Below the pieces are notes generated by a model, which did not search any database, was not told where the DNA came from, and was given only the letters and a program-made list of their open reading frames with translations. DNA of 64,000 nucleotides from an uncultured Gammaproteobacteria bacterium (lineage in GTDB: Bacteria; Patescibacteriota; Microgenomatia; Levybacterales; UBA12049), in NCBI GenBank assembly GCA_964515545.1, contig CAZERI010000002.1, positions 57,612-121,611 of the forward strand, read 5' to 3'. The translations under genes and the position numbers were made by a program. Positions 44,944 through 54,889 of this stretch are shown piece by piece; within the stretch, counting starts at the first letter, position 1; every line of letters starts with the position of its first letter.

Positions 44944-45705
44944 GTGAGTGATATCTCAGTCTCTGTAATAATCCCCTGCTATAACGAAATGGCCAATCTC
45001 CGTAAAGGAGTCCTGGATAAAGTAGATAGGTATCTTACCAAGCGTAAAAAATCTTTTGAGGTTATCATAGCTGATGATGGATCAAATGACGGCAGTGTAG
45101 AATTTATCCGCGAATTTATTAAAGACCATAAAGAGTTTACTCTTCTTGAAAATAAGCATATGGGTAAAGCAGGAGCAGTTACTGCAGGGATCTTAAAAGC
45201 CACAGGTAAATACCGCCTTTTTTCAGATATGGACCAGGCAACTCCTATCGAGGAGATGGATAATCTACTTCCTTTTTTTGATGAGGGATATGATGTAGTC
45301 ATAGGCTCACGGAGTAATAGAAGGAAGGGATCTCCTCTTATCAGGCAGTTTATTTCACGTTCCCAGGTCGTTCTCCGAAAGACTATTGTAGGGTTACACG
45401 ATCTCTCTGATACCCAGTGTGGATTTAAGATGTTTCGAGGAGATATCGCAGAGACTCTTTTCAGTAGAGTCAAAAAAATCCATAATGGTTTTAAGACGAT
45501 AAGCGGTTCAAATGTCACTTCAGGATTTGATATCGAGCTGCTTTTTATAGCAGAGAAGATGGGGGCTCGGATTAAGGAAGTACCAGTTCAGTGGCTTTAT
45601 GTAGAGACCAGAAGAGTCAATCCTATTAAAGACTCCATCCAAGGAGTGATGGATCTTATCACGATTAAAAAGAATGCCCTCAATGGAATGTATTCAAAGG
45701 TATGA
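44944..45705 (+). CDS. GT2 polyprenol-phosphate sugar synthase-like glycosyltransferase (DPM1/GtrB/ArnC-type)
   Basis: VSVIIPCYNE...IIADDGSNDGS...DMDQ (DxD) in a 253-aa soluble GT-A. GTG start 6 nt after a TATAAT box. Stop overlaps the next gene (ATGA). Confidence 0.85.
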   Translation: MSDISVSVIIPCYNEMANLRKGVLDKVDRYLTKRKKSFEVIIADDGSNDGSVEFIREFIKDHKEFTLLENKHMGKAGAVTAGILKATGKYRLFSDMDQATPIEEMDNLLPFFDEGYDVVIGSRSNRRKGSPLIRQFISRSQVVLRKTIVGLHDLSDTQCGFKMFRGDIAETLFSRVKKIHNGFKTISGSNVTSGFDIELLFIAEKMGARIKEVPVQWLYVETRRVNPIKDSIQGVMDLITIKKNALNGMYSKV

Positions 45706-46898
45706 GAGATTTATTTTTCCGACCGAGTAGGTTACTCATAGGTCTTTATCTAATCCCTCTTCTCTTATTATTTTTTTATAGTTATACCCAGGTTGATCTA
45801 GGTCTTACCCTAACACGAGCTTCTTTTGCCACAGATATCCAAAAAGCTTTCCAATACGTAGGTTATTTTAACCGACCTTTATCGACAGTTCTCTACTTTC
45901 TCATCATTCTTTCTCTCTTTAAGTTCTATGGACTTTTTCTCTATTTTGCTAAAAAGGGTACGCTTTCTAAAAATACACTCTGGAAAATAATTTTTGCTGT
46001 GGCTGCAATTTTAGTCTTTTCCTATACTGCCTTTTCCTATGATCTTTTTAACTATATTTTTGATGCTAAGATCCTGACTCACTATCACCTTAATCCTTAT
46101 ATGTACAAGGCTCTCGATTTTCCAGGGGATAAAATGCTCTCATTTATGCACTGGACGCATCGGACCTATCCTTATGGTCCTACCTGGCTTTTTTTGACAG
46201 TTCCTTTTTCTTTCTTAGGCTTCCAGGTCTTCATCCCGACATTTTTTCTTTTCAAAATTTTAGCCGGAGGGATGTATCTAGCATCAGTCTGGGCGGTAGG
46301 GAGGATTATGCAGATTATCTCTCCCAAAAAAGAAGTATTAGCGCTTACTTTTTTTGCGCTTAATCCACTGGTTATTGTCGAGACGCTTGTCTCAGGCCAT
46401 AACGATGGTGCCATGATGTTCTTGGCACTTATAGGTGTACTATTTTTGATCCAGAAAAAATATATATTAGCCTTTGTACTTCTTTTATTATCAATCGGAG
46501 TAAAGTATGCGACAGGATTTCTCCTGCCTCTTTTTGTCGTAATTTTTCTCTTTGAAAAACGCCACATTGCTATTAAGTGGGGAACGATTTTTCTGATTTT
46601 TATTATTACTATGATTCTCGCGCTCTTTGCAGCTACATTGAGGTCTAATTTCCAGCCATGGTATTTGATGTACCTTCTTCCTTTTGCGGGGCTTATTTCT
46701 GATGAAGACTATGTTCTTTATCCCATATATATCCTCTCGATTATGGGGCTTTTGAATTACCTGCCGTATTTATTTACCGGGAATTGGGATCCACCGATTC
46801 CTGCTATTCTTCTGGCGATTAACCTTATGGGAAGTGTTATTGCTTTGGTAAGTTTTGTATGGTTCTATCAGTATAAAGGGAAAAAAGCTCATGCATAG
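45702..46898 (+). CDS. Polytopic GT-C-like membrane glycosyltransferase (DUF2029/GT87-like)
   Basis: 398 aa with about 11 TM helices; translationally coupled to the upstream GT2. Confidence 0.55.
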   Translation: MRDLFFRPSRLLIGLYLIPLLLLFFYSYTQVDLGLTLTRASFATDIQKAFQYVGYFNRPLSTVLYFLIILSLFKFYGLFLYFAKKGTLSKNTLWKIIFAVAAILVFSYTAFSYDLFNYIFDAKILTHYHLNPYMYKALDFPGDKMLSFMHWTHRTYPYGPTWLFLTVPFSFLGFQVFIPTFFLFKILAGGMYLASVWAVGRIMQIISPKKEVLALTFFALNPLVIVETLVSGHNDGAMMFLALIGVLFLIQKKYILAFVLLLLSIGVKYATGFLLPLFVVIFLFEKRHIAIKWGTIFLIFIITMILALFAATLRSNFQPWYLMYLLPFAGLISDEDYVLYPIYILSIMGLLNYLPYLFTGNWDPPIPAILLAINLMGSVIALVSFVWFYQYKGKKAHA

Positions 46899-46945
46899 CT
46901 CGTAAGCATTGCTTAGGCTTAAGTTTTTACTCTATAATTTTTACT

Positions 46946-48463
46946 ATGCGTTTTATCGCGAAATATCGACGTGAAATAATACTCTGTCTGGCTCTTGTTA
47001 TCGTCTTTTTCCTTCTGAGACTCTTAACGCTTACCCAGCTGCCCATCTTTACTGATGAGGCTATTTATCTCAGGTGGGCGCAGATTGCTAAAAATGATGC
47101 CAATTGGCGGTTTATTTCACTTACTGACGGTAAGCAGCCTCTTTTTATATGGCTTGTCGTGGGGGCGATGAAATTTTTCCATGATCCATTAATTGCAGGA
47201 AGGATCGTCTCAGTTTTTGCAGGATTAGGAACTGCGATAGGACTTTTTTTTCTAGGACGTGAGGTCTTTAAAAATCGCTTTGTCGGGATTATCTCTTCTT
47301 TTCTCTATGTAATTTTTCCTTTTGCGCTGGTCTATGACAGGTTGGCTCTCTATGATTCTCTGGTCGGTACCTTTATCGTTTGGGGACTCTATTTTACCTT
47401 TCTTCTAGTCAGAAGACTTCGACTCGATTATGCATTACTGATGGGATTTGTCACAGGAGCTGCAGTCCTTAACAAGACAAATGGCTTTTTTACTATTTAT
47501 CTTCTACCGTTTAGCCTTATTTTATTTGATTTTAAGCAGAAAGGCTGGAAGAAAAAACTGTTTCTCCTTTTAGGTCTTAGTATCGTGGTCGTAGTGATGA
47601 CGTATGGATTTTATTCACTTCTGAGACTTTCTCCGTTTTTCTATATCATTAATGAGAAAAATCATATTTTTTTCTATCCGGTGTCTGAATGGATTAAAAA
47701 TCCGCTCGCTTATTTTCTGCCTAATATTTCTGCTTTTAATGACTGGACACTCCGTTATGTAGGACTGCCTTTGCTAGTTACCGCTCTGGGAGCATTTTTC
47801 TTGAGTAAGTCATACATGAGAGAGAAGCTGCTGCTTTTGGCGTGGTTCCTTGTCCCTTATCTCGGATTTGCACTAGATGGAAAGACTATTTACCCAAGAT
47901 ACATCTTCCCCATGACGTTATCTCTCCTGCCTCTTATTGCATATAGTCTCACTCTCTTGGCCAAAAAATTTGGGGGATGGAGAGTATATCTCCTTTTCTT
48001 TCTTGTTATTTGCTATTCACTTTTTACGGACTTTTTGATTTTGTATAACTTTTCTAAGTCTCCAATTCCTAACTCTGATAAGAGTCAGTATTTGACAGGC
48101 TGGCCGTCTGGTCTTGGTGTTAAAGAAGCTGTAGATTATCTGACTGAAAGAGCGAAGAAAAATCATATCTACGTCGGGACTGAGGGGACTTTTGGACTCA
48201 TGCCTTATTCGCTTGAGATTGCTTTTGCTGCTAATCCAAATGTTACAGTAAAAGGCTTCTGGCCCATTAATGAGCTTCCTCCAAAAGAACTTCTGGATGC
48301 CTCTCAAAAAGAAGAGACGTATGTCCTTTTCTATCAGGACTGTCCTAGCTGTGAAAGTGTCGGTGTCGCACCAAGTACCTGGCCTCTTCAACAAGTTTTA
48401 CAGGTTAAGAAAATAGAGCCAGGAGTCTATCTGACGCTCTATAAAGTGATGGGAGTTAAATGA
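46946..48463 (+). CDS. GT-C membrane glycosyltransferase, ArnT/PMT-like (GT39/GT83-type)
   Basis: LTQLPIFTDEAIYLRWAQI first-loop DE motif typical of ArnT/PMT, about 12 TM helices; 505 aa. Confidence 0.7.
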   Translation: MRFIAKYRREIILCLALVIVFFLLRLLTLTQLPIFTDEAIYLRWAQIAKNDANWRFISLTDGKQPLFIWLVVGAMKFFHDPLIAGRIVSVFAGLGTAIGLFFLGREVFKNRFVGIISSFLYVIFPFALVYDRLALYDSLVGTFIVWGLYFTFLLVRRLRLDYALLMGFVTGAAVLNKTNGFFTIYLLPFSLILFDFKQKGWKKKLFLLLGLSIVVVVMTYGFYSLLRLSPFFYIINEKNHIFFYPVSEWIKNPLAYFLPNISAFNDWTLRYVGLPLLVTALGAFFLSKSYMREKLLLLAWFLVPYLGFALDGKTIYPRYIFPMTLSLLPLIAYSLTLLAKKFGGWRVYLLFFLVICYSLFTDFLILYNFSKSPIPNSDKSQYLTGWPSGLGVKEAVDYLTERAKKNHIYVGTEGTFGLMPYSLEIAFAANPNVTVKGFWPINELPPKELLDASQKEETYVLFYQDCPSCESVGVAPSTWPLQQVLQVKKIEPGVYLTLYKVMGVK

Positions 48464-50130
48464 AATTTTTCACTAAAAAAACTATATTTTTTCTCTCTCT
48501 GATTGTTTTAGTCTCTCTTCTTATTATCCTTCCATTTTTCCATAAAGGCTACTTTCCCACTCATGATGGGGAGTGGGCGGTTGTTCGTCTGGCGGATATG
48601 TACCGAGAGATAAGAGACGGACAGATTCCTCCTCGCTTCAGCGGTAACTTGAATTTTGGCTATGGATATCCTCTCTTTCAGTATGCTTACCCCATGCCTT
48701 ATCTTTTAGGTCTGCCTGCTTTTCTGCTACATTTTGGTCTGGTAAATAGTATCAAACTCCTTTTTGCTCTCTCAGTACCTCTTAGCGGAATTGCGATGTT
48801 TTTTGCAGCGAGGGAGCTATGGGAGGAAGATGATGCGGGACTTATCAGTAGTCTCCTTTATATGTATTTGCCGTATCGTATGGTCGATTTATACGTAAGA
48901 GGATCACTTGGAGAATCTATAGCCTCAATCACATTCCCGATTATTTTATTTTGCATGAAGCGATTGTCTCAAAAACAATCAGTCTCTACACTTATTCTCC
49001 TCTCTTTATCATTTGCAGTACTTATCCTCAGCCATAATATTATGGCTGTTTTGTTCGGTATTATTCTTGTTGTATATCTCCTGTTCCTCCTTCTTCATGA
49101 GAAAAAAATAAATACCTTCCAAATTCTCATAGGGTTTGGTGTGGGGGCAGGAATAGCTACATTTTTTTGGCTTCCTGCTCTTTTGGAAAAAAATCTTATT
49201 TTACTTTCAAAGATACCTATTGCTGATAGGAATCTCTACTATGTGACACTTCCAAAGTTATTGTTTTCTCCTTTTGGCTATGGAACTCCGACAGAGAGCA
49301 ATCCTTTTACGTATCAGATAGGTATTCCGCAGATAACCATCGGTATTGTCGCGTGTTATTTATCAGTGATGTCGCTTTTTAAGAAGAAGAAGGTGAGGGG
49401 AGATATGATACTTTTTACTACTCTCTCAGTATTTTTCATCTTGATGATGTTACCACTAAGCAGAGTAATCTGGGAGCAGACTCCACTTCTTAGAGAGATT
49501 AATTATCCCTGGACGTCACTTTTTCCTCTAGGGCTTCTTTTAAGTCTTCTTGGCGGAAAAATATTTACTGCTACCAAACAGTATTTCATTATGGGGATTT
49601 TCCTTGGACTTTTTGCAATAGTATTTACCCTTCCCTACGCGAGGCCCAATTCATTTGTGGATAGAGGAGATGGGTTCTATCTCACCAATGATGGTACTAC
49701 CACATCAAGCAGTGAGCTGATGCCCTTAACTGTCAAAACATTTCCGGTGAGTCGTCCTCAAAAGAGAGTAGAAGTAGTAAAAGGTGAGGGTAATGCTGAG
49801 ATAACTTCTGATAAATCTCAGAAAAAAATTATTGCACTTAATTTGAGTACGCCTAGTACAATAAGGCTTAATACGATTTATTTTCCAGGATGGCACTGGT
49901 ATAGGGATGGAAGACAAATACCCATCAGCTATAACAATCCCCAAGGCGTAATGGAAGCACAACTTCCTCAGGGCAGTTATACTGTCACTGCCTCCTTTGA
50001 AAATACTATGGTGAGGATAGCAGCAAATATTATTTCAGGACTTTCTATATTTATTGTATTTGCAGCTCTTCTTATACGAGCGATTAAGCCATACTCACTT
50101 TCTTCTCTTACTGCTCATTATTTCTCATGA
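48460..50130 (+). CDS. GT-C-like membrane protein (paralog A)
   Basis: N-terminal loop HDGEWAVVRLADMYREIRDGQIPPRFSGNLNFGYGYPLFQY, about 13 TM helices, C-terminal beta-rich domain ending in a TM. ATGA coupling on both sides. Confidence 0.55.
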   Translation: MKFFTKKTIFFLSLIVLVSLLIILPFFHKGYFPTHDGEWAVVRLADMYREIRDGQIPPRFSGNLNFGYGYPLFQYAYPMPYLLGLPAFLLHFGLVNSIKLLFALSVPLSGIAMFFAARELWEEDDAGLISSLLYMYLPYRMVDLYVRGSLGESIASITFPIILFCMKRLSQKQSVSTLILLSLSFAVLILSHNIMAVLFGIILVVYLLFLLLHEKKINTFQILIGFGVGAGIATFFWLPALLEKNLILLSKIPIADRNLYYVTLPKLLFSPFGYGTPTESNPFTYQIGIPQITIGIVACYLSVMSLFKKKKVRGDMILFTTLSVFFILMMLPLSRVIWEQTPLLREINYPWTSLFPLGLLLSLLGGKIFTATKQYFIMGIFLGLFAIVFTLPYARPNSFVDRGDGFYLTNDGTTTSSSELMPLTVKTFPVSRPQKRVEVVKGEGNAEITSDKSQKKIIALNLSTPSTIRLNTIYFPGWHWYRDGRQIPISYNNPQGVMEAQLPQGSYTVTASFENTMVRIAANIISGLSIFIVFAALLIRAIKPYSLSSLTAHYFS

Positions 50131-51791
50131 AAAAGCTATTTATACTTCTGGTAATTCTTCTTTCTTTACCTACTATTTGGCCCCTTTTTCAGCAGGGGTT
50201 ATTCCCCATGCACGATGATACTCAGACAGCCAGAGTTTTGACGATGGGCAAGGCGCTCCACGATGGTATGCTTCCGGTACGCTGGTCTGATTACTTAGGC
50301 TATAACCTCGGGTATCCGATCTTTAACTTCTATGCACCGCTTGCTTACTATATAGGAGGGATTTTTACTTTTTTTGGATTTTCTGCCCTCCTATCTACGA
50401 AAATTATGATGGGGGTGGGGATGGTGCTGGCTGGTGTGAGTATGTACTTACTTGCCAGCTCACTTTTTGGCAAGAAAGCCGGACTGATTGCTAGTGTCTT
50501 TTACCTCTATGCTCCTTATCATGCTCTGGATTTATACGTGAGGGGAGCAGTGAGTGAGCTATGGGCATATGCACTTCTACCGCTTCCCTTTTATGGGTTG
50601 TGGGGGATTTATAAGACTAAGAAGTTCCGTTATGTCATAGTATCCTCAGTATCTTTAGCAGGTATTATTATTTCCCATAACTTAACTGCCATGATGGTAC
50701 TGCCCTTTGTCATAGGAAGTATTATCTGCTTATCGATAGCATCAGGAAAAAAAAGAGAGTTTACGGCACTTTATCTCTATGGTACTAGCCTCATAATAGG
50801 GCTGCTGCTTAGTTCTTTTTATGCAGTTCCGGCGTTTTTGGAGATGCAATATACCAATGTCACTTCAGTACTTGGTGGAGGTTCAAACCCTCTCGACCAC
50901 TTTATCTGTCCTCTACAGCTCTGGCAGAGTATGTGGGGATATGGGGGCTCTACTCCTGGGTGTATTGACGGGATGTCATTTATGCTTGGAAAGATCCACG
51001 TAGTATTTATTATTGGAGGAGTTGTGGCAGCAGGATACCTCCTTAAAAGTAAGCGCTATCAGGATTTCTCCGTGATGGCAGGCAGTTTTGTAGGGTTGGG
51101 ACTCTCACTTTTTATGACACTCAGTTACTCATCATCTATTTGGCAAAGTATTTCCCTTTTATCCTTTATCCAGTTTCCTTGGAGATTTTTATCCATTGCT
51201 TCTCTTGCATCCGCAGTTATTGCAGGGGGGGTGATAACAGTCTTGGGTAGAGTTAAGCCGTTTATTGCTCTTGTAGTAACGCTTGTTTTTAGTATTATCT
51301 GTGTCTTTTTCTATGGCAAATACTTTACTCCACAGTATAGTGATCACAATACTGCCAAGTATTCAGATTTATCTCAAATCATGTGGAATGTCTCAAAGAT
51401 TTCTGATGAATATCTTCCAAAAGGTATTATAAAACCTACGTCTCAAAAGGAAGTCGCAATAGGTCTTATTCAGCCTATTACCAGTAAGATTCAGATTCAC
51501 GATATAGTCGAGAAAACTCAGACGAAACGTATTAGTCTCACGTCATCCCAGGGTTCTGTAAGGCTGAATATAGCCTCATTTCCTGCCTGGCAAATAAAAG
51601 TGGATGATAAAGAGATCAAGCCTAGGATTGTCCATGGTTTATATGAATTTGATTTATCTGAGGGGGCGCATAGAATTGAGGCTGTATTCGTCCAGACGCC
51701 TCTTGAATTGGTGGCTGATATTCTAACTATTGTTGGCCTTTCATTCGTTATTCTTGGTATAATAAGAACACGTAAGAGTAAGTCGCTATGA
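50127..51791 (+). CDS. GT-C-like membrane protein (paralog B of 48460-50130)
   Basis: MHDDTQTARVLTMGKALHDGMLPVRWSDYLGYNLGYPIFNFY aligns with paralog A; the C-terminal FPAWQIKVDDKEI...IEAVF region aligns with FPGWHWYRDGRQI...VTASF. Confidence 0.55.
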   Translation: MKKLFILLVILLSLPTIWPLFQQGLFPMHDDTQTARVLTMGKALHDGMLPVRWSDYLGYNLGYPIFNFYAPLAYYIGGIFTFFGFSALLSTKIMMGVGMVLAGVSMYLLASSLFGKKAGLIASVFYLYAPYHALDLYVRGAVSELWAYALLPLPFYGLWGIYKTKKFRYVIVSSVSLAGIIISHNLTAMMVLPFVIGSIICLSIASGKKREFTALYLYGTSLIIGLLLSSFYAVPAFLEMQYTNVTSVLGGGSNPLDHFICPLQLWQSMWGYGGSTPGCIDGMSFMLGKIHVVFIIGGVVAAGYLLKSKRYQDFSVMAGSFVGLGLSLFMTLSYSSSIWQSISLLSFIQFPWRFLSIASLASAVIAGGVITVLGRVKPFIALVVTLVFSIICVFFYGKYFTPQYSDHNTAKYSDLSQIMWNVSKISDEYLPKGIIKPTSQKEVAIGLIQPITSKIQIHDIVEKTQTKRISLTSSQGSVRLNIASFPAWQIKVDDKEIKPRIVHGLYEFDLSEGAHRIEAVFVQTPLELVADILTIVGLSFVILGIIRTRKSKSL

Positions 51792-52504
51792 CCAAACTTC
51801 CTGAGTTATCAATTTTCTTCCCTTTCTGGAATGAAGAGGCAAATATAGCAGCTGTTGTCCAAAAAGCTTTGGAGATAGCTCCTACCATTGCTGATAAATT
51901 TGAAATATTAGTTGTGGATGACGGCTCTTCAGATCGCACTCTGGAAAAAGCTACTGAACTTTCTAAGAAGCATTCCCGTATTAAAGTCATCTCACATAAG
52001 GTAAATAGAGGCTATGGTGCAGCGCTTCGTTCGGGTTTTGAACATGCCCAGTATGACTATATAGTCTTTACTGATGGGGATCTTCAATTTGATTTTTCAG
52101 AAGTTACTAAATTTGTTGAGAAGATAGATCAGGCAGATATGGTAATCGGATTCCGTAAGAAAAGACGCGATAATAAACTGTTCAAAAGACTTCTTCTTAT
52201 GAATCTCTTAAAGGCTTGGGACTTTATATTATTTGGTTTTTATTTCAGAGATATTGACTGCGGATTTAAGATGTTTAAGAAAGAGGCAGTTGATAAGATT
52301 GGACCTTTTCATTCAGAAGGAGCCATGATTACGACTGAGATTTTAGCTAAAGCCACGGCTAAAAAACTAAAAATTATTCAGATAGGCGTTAATCATTATC
52401 CAAGGGAACATGGTGAGCAGACAGGTGCAAATCTTTTTGTAATTGTGAGAGCAATTCTTGAGAGTCTCAGTCTTTTTGCTGATATTAAGAATAAACGTTT
52501 CTAG
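51788..52504 (+). CDS. GT2 polyprenol-phosphate sugar synthase-like glycosyltransferase (DPM1-type)
   Basis: LSIFFPFWNEEANI...LVVDDGSSDRT...TDGDLQFD; 238 aa. Confidence 0.85.
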   Translation: MTKLPELSIFFPFWNEEANIAAVVQKALEIAPTIADKFEILVVDDGSSDRTLEKATELSKKHSRIKVISHKVNRGYGAALRSGFEHAQYDYIVFTDGDLQFDFSEVTKFVEKIDQADMVIGFRKKRRDNKLFKRLLLMNLLKAWDFILFGFYFRDIDCGFKMFKKEAVDKIGPFHSEGAMITTEILAKATAKKLKIIQIGVNHYPREHGEQTGANLFVIVRAILESLSLFADIKNKRF

Positions 52505-52507
52505 TGT

Positions 52508-53959
52508 ATGCAGGACATTGATATCCAAACGATTAAAAATCGTTCTATTAAGGGAGTTTTTTCTCTCGTATCCAGGACTTTTCTTATCCAATTCATCGGC
52601 CAGGTAGTCACTTTTTTACTCACCGTCTATCTCTCTCCTTCGGATTATGGTATTTTTTTCCTTGTTTCAACAGTTATTACCTTTCTAGCGTACTTCTCAG
52701 ATATTGGACTGGCAGCAGCTCTGATCCAGAAAAAGGATTCGTTAACTGAAGATGATCTCAAAACTACCTTTACTATTCAGCAGGTACTTGTTGTAACTGT
52801 TGTGATTATAGGTCTTTTAGCTACTCCTTTTGTAGCTAAGACATATAATTTGAACGGAACAGGTGAAATTCTTTACCAAGCTCTCATTTTCGCATTTTTC
52901 TTATCCTCTTTAAAGACTATTCCATCAATTCTTCTTGAAAGAACACTCCAATTTAATAAGCTTGTTATTCCGGATATCGTCGAGACATTAGGATTTAATA
53001 TTATTGTCCTGGTTTTGGCTATTAAAGGATTTGGAGTAATGAGTTTTACTTATGGTGTTGTCGTTAGAGGACTCGCTGGGCTTATTGCTATCTATGTCAT
53101 ATCACCTTGGAAGCCAGGACTTGGAATTAATAAAAAAGTTGCTAAAGAACTCCTTTCTTTTGGACTTCCTTTTCAGGCCAATTCTATCTTGGCGCTTGCT
53201 AAGGATAACCTCTTTTTCCTCTACCTTGGTGCTATCTTACCTAAGCCTGCCTTAGGATTTATTGGTGTTGCCCAAAAATGGGCATATATCCCTCTGAGAC
53301 TGGTGATGGATAACTTAATCAGGATTACCTTTCCGTCATTTTCCCGTCTGGCTCATAATGAAGAGTATTTGGGTAAGGCAATTGAGAAAACACTTTTCAG
53401 TACTACGCTTTTTATTTTCCCATCGATTGTAGGAATGGTGATCCTGATGCCACACTTTATGCAGATATTCCCTAAATATCATAAATGGGAGCCTGCTCTT
53501 TTCTCACTCGTATTTTTCGGTATCAACGCTATTTTATCTTCTATCTCAACACCCCTCACTAATGCTCTCAATGCAATCGGAAAAATTAAAATTACCCTTT
53601 ACCTGATGATCTTTTGGACTGCAGCGACTTGGATCTTGACTCCAATCCTTATAGCAATATATGGATTTAACGGCGTAGGTATTGCCTCAGCAGTTATCTC
53701 TTTAAGTGTAGTTGGGGTCGTAGTTCTTGTTAAAAGATATATCCGATTTAACATCTTTCATGTGGTTGTATATCCGCTTATTGCAACAGTGGTGATGGGA
53801 GTTGTCCTTTATTCCTTCAGTAATTTGATCCATAATTTTCCTCTCTTCTTTTTGAGTATTTTTGTGGGGGGAGTAACGTATCTGGGAGTTATTTATCTTC
53901 TGGCCAGACAGCTTATCATTTCTGATATACAATTAGTAATAGAGAATCTGAAAAAATAA
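52508..53959 (+). CDS. Wzx-like polysaccharide/oligosaccharide flippase (MOP superfamily, Polysacc_synt)
   Basis: 483 aa with about 14 TM helices; N-terminal ...FLIQFIGQVVTFLLTVYLSPSDYGIFFLVSTVITFLAYFSDIGLAAALIQKK, typical of Wzx-family flippases. Confidence 0.75.
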   Translation: MQDIDIQTIKNRSIKGVFSLVSRTFLIQFIGQVVTFLLTVYLSPSDYGIFFLVSTVITFLAYFSDIGLAAALIQKKDSLTEDDLKTTFTIQQVLVVTVVIIGLLATPFVAKTYNLNGTGEILYQALIFAFFLSSLKTIPSILLERTLQFNKLVIPDIVETLGFNIIVLVLAIKGFGVMSFTYGVVVRGLAGLIAIYVISPWKPGLGINKKVAKELLSFGLPFQANSILALAKDNLFFLYLGAILPKPALGFIGVAQKWAYIPLRLVMDNLIRITFPSFSRLAHNEEYLGKAIEKTLFSTTLFIFPSIVGMVILMPHFMQIFPKYHKWEPALFSLVFFGINAILSSISTPLTNALNAIGKIKITLYLMIFWTAATWILTPILIAIYGFNGVGIASAVISLSVVGVVVLVKRYIRFNIFHVVVYPLIATVVMGVVLYSFSNLIHNFPLFFLSIFVGGVTYLGVIYLLARQLIISDIQLVIENLKK

Positions 53960-53963
53960 GTAT

Positions 53964-54887
53964 ATGAAATTATCAGCAGTTATTTCTACCTATAATAGTG
54001 GAAGCGTTTTGGAGGATTGTCTTAAATCCCTCAGCTTTGTAGATGAAATATTAGTTGTAGATCACAAGTCCTCAGACGAGACAGTAAAGCTTGCCAGAAA
54101 GTATACAAAGCATATTTTCTCACAAGATAATAACCCTCAGGAGATAGATCTCCAGAAAAATTTCGGTTTTGAAAAAGCCAAATCAGATTGGCTCCTCTCA
54201 ATTGATGCAGATGAAAGAGTCAGTGAAGAACTAGCCAGAGAGATTCAGGATGCTATCTCCTCTGACTCAGGATTTACTGCTTTCAGGATGCCCCGTAAGA
54301 ATATTATCTTTAATAAATGGATTCAGCATTCGATATGGTGGCCTGACTATCAGCTGAGACTTTTCAAAAGAGGCAAAGGACGATATACCAAAGCTAAAGT
54401 ACACCAGGATATCGCTATAGATGGGACAATCGGAGAACTGAAGGAGCCGTTAGACCATCACAATTATCAGAGTATTTCTCAATATCTGGCAAAGATGGAT
54501 CAATACACAGAAAATGAAGCTAATTCATATGTTTCTCAAAATATCCATTTTCTATGGGTAGATATAATCCGCATGCCAGCTTCTGACTTTCTCAAAACAT
54601 TTTTTCTCCAGGAAGGTTATAAAGACGGGCTGCATGGATTGGTACTAAGTATCATGCAGGGATTTTATATGTTTTTGGTGGTTACAAAAGTATGGGAGAA
54701 GCAGGGCTTTAGAGAGGAAAATTCGAAGGATTTTCTTAAGACGCTTGTTACTGAATGGGGGAAAATACATCAGGAGGTAAGCTACTGGGTACTCACTGCA
54801 CTAAGTAATAACTCCTCAAATCCTCTTACAAAAATTTCATACAAAATAAAGAGGAAATATACCTCTCGAAAAATAAAAGGACAATAA
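53964..54887 (+). CDS. GT2 family glycosyltransferase
   Basis: LSAVISTYNSGSVLEDCL...VVDHKSSDET...SIDADE (DxD); 307 aa. Confidence 0.8.
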   Translation: MKLSAVISTYNSGSVLEDCLKSLSFVDEILVVDHKSSDETVKLARKYTKHIFSQDNNPQEIDLQKNFGFEKAKSDWLLSIDADERVSEELAREIQDAISSDSGFTAFRMPRKNIIFNKWIQHSIWWPDYQLRLFKRGKGRYTKAKVHQDIAIDGTIGELKEPLDHHNYQSISQYLAKMDQYTENEANSYVSQNIHFLWVDIIRMPASDFLKTFFLQEGYKDGLHGLVLSIMQGFYMFLVVTKVWEKQGFREENSKDFLKTLVTEWGKIHQEVSYWVLTALSNNSSNPLTKISYKIKRKYTSRKIKGQ

Positions 54888-54889
54888 TA

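Noticed and set aside
44979-45518. 179-aa minus-strand ORF
   Set aside because: Antisense to the GT2 gene, which has clear family motifs.
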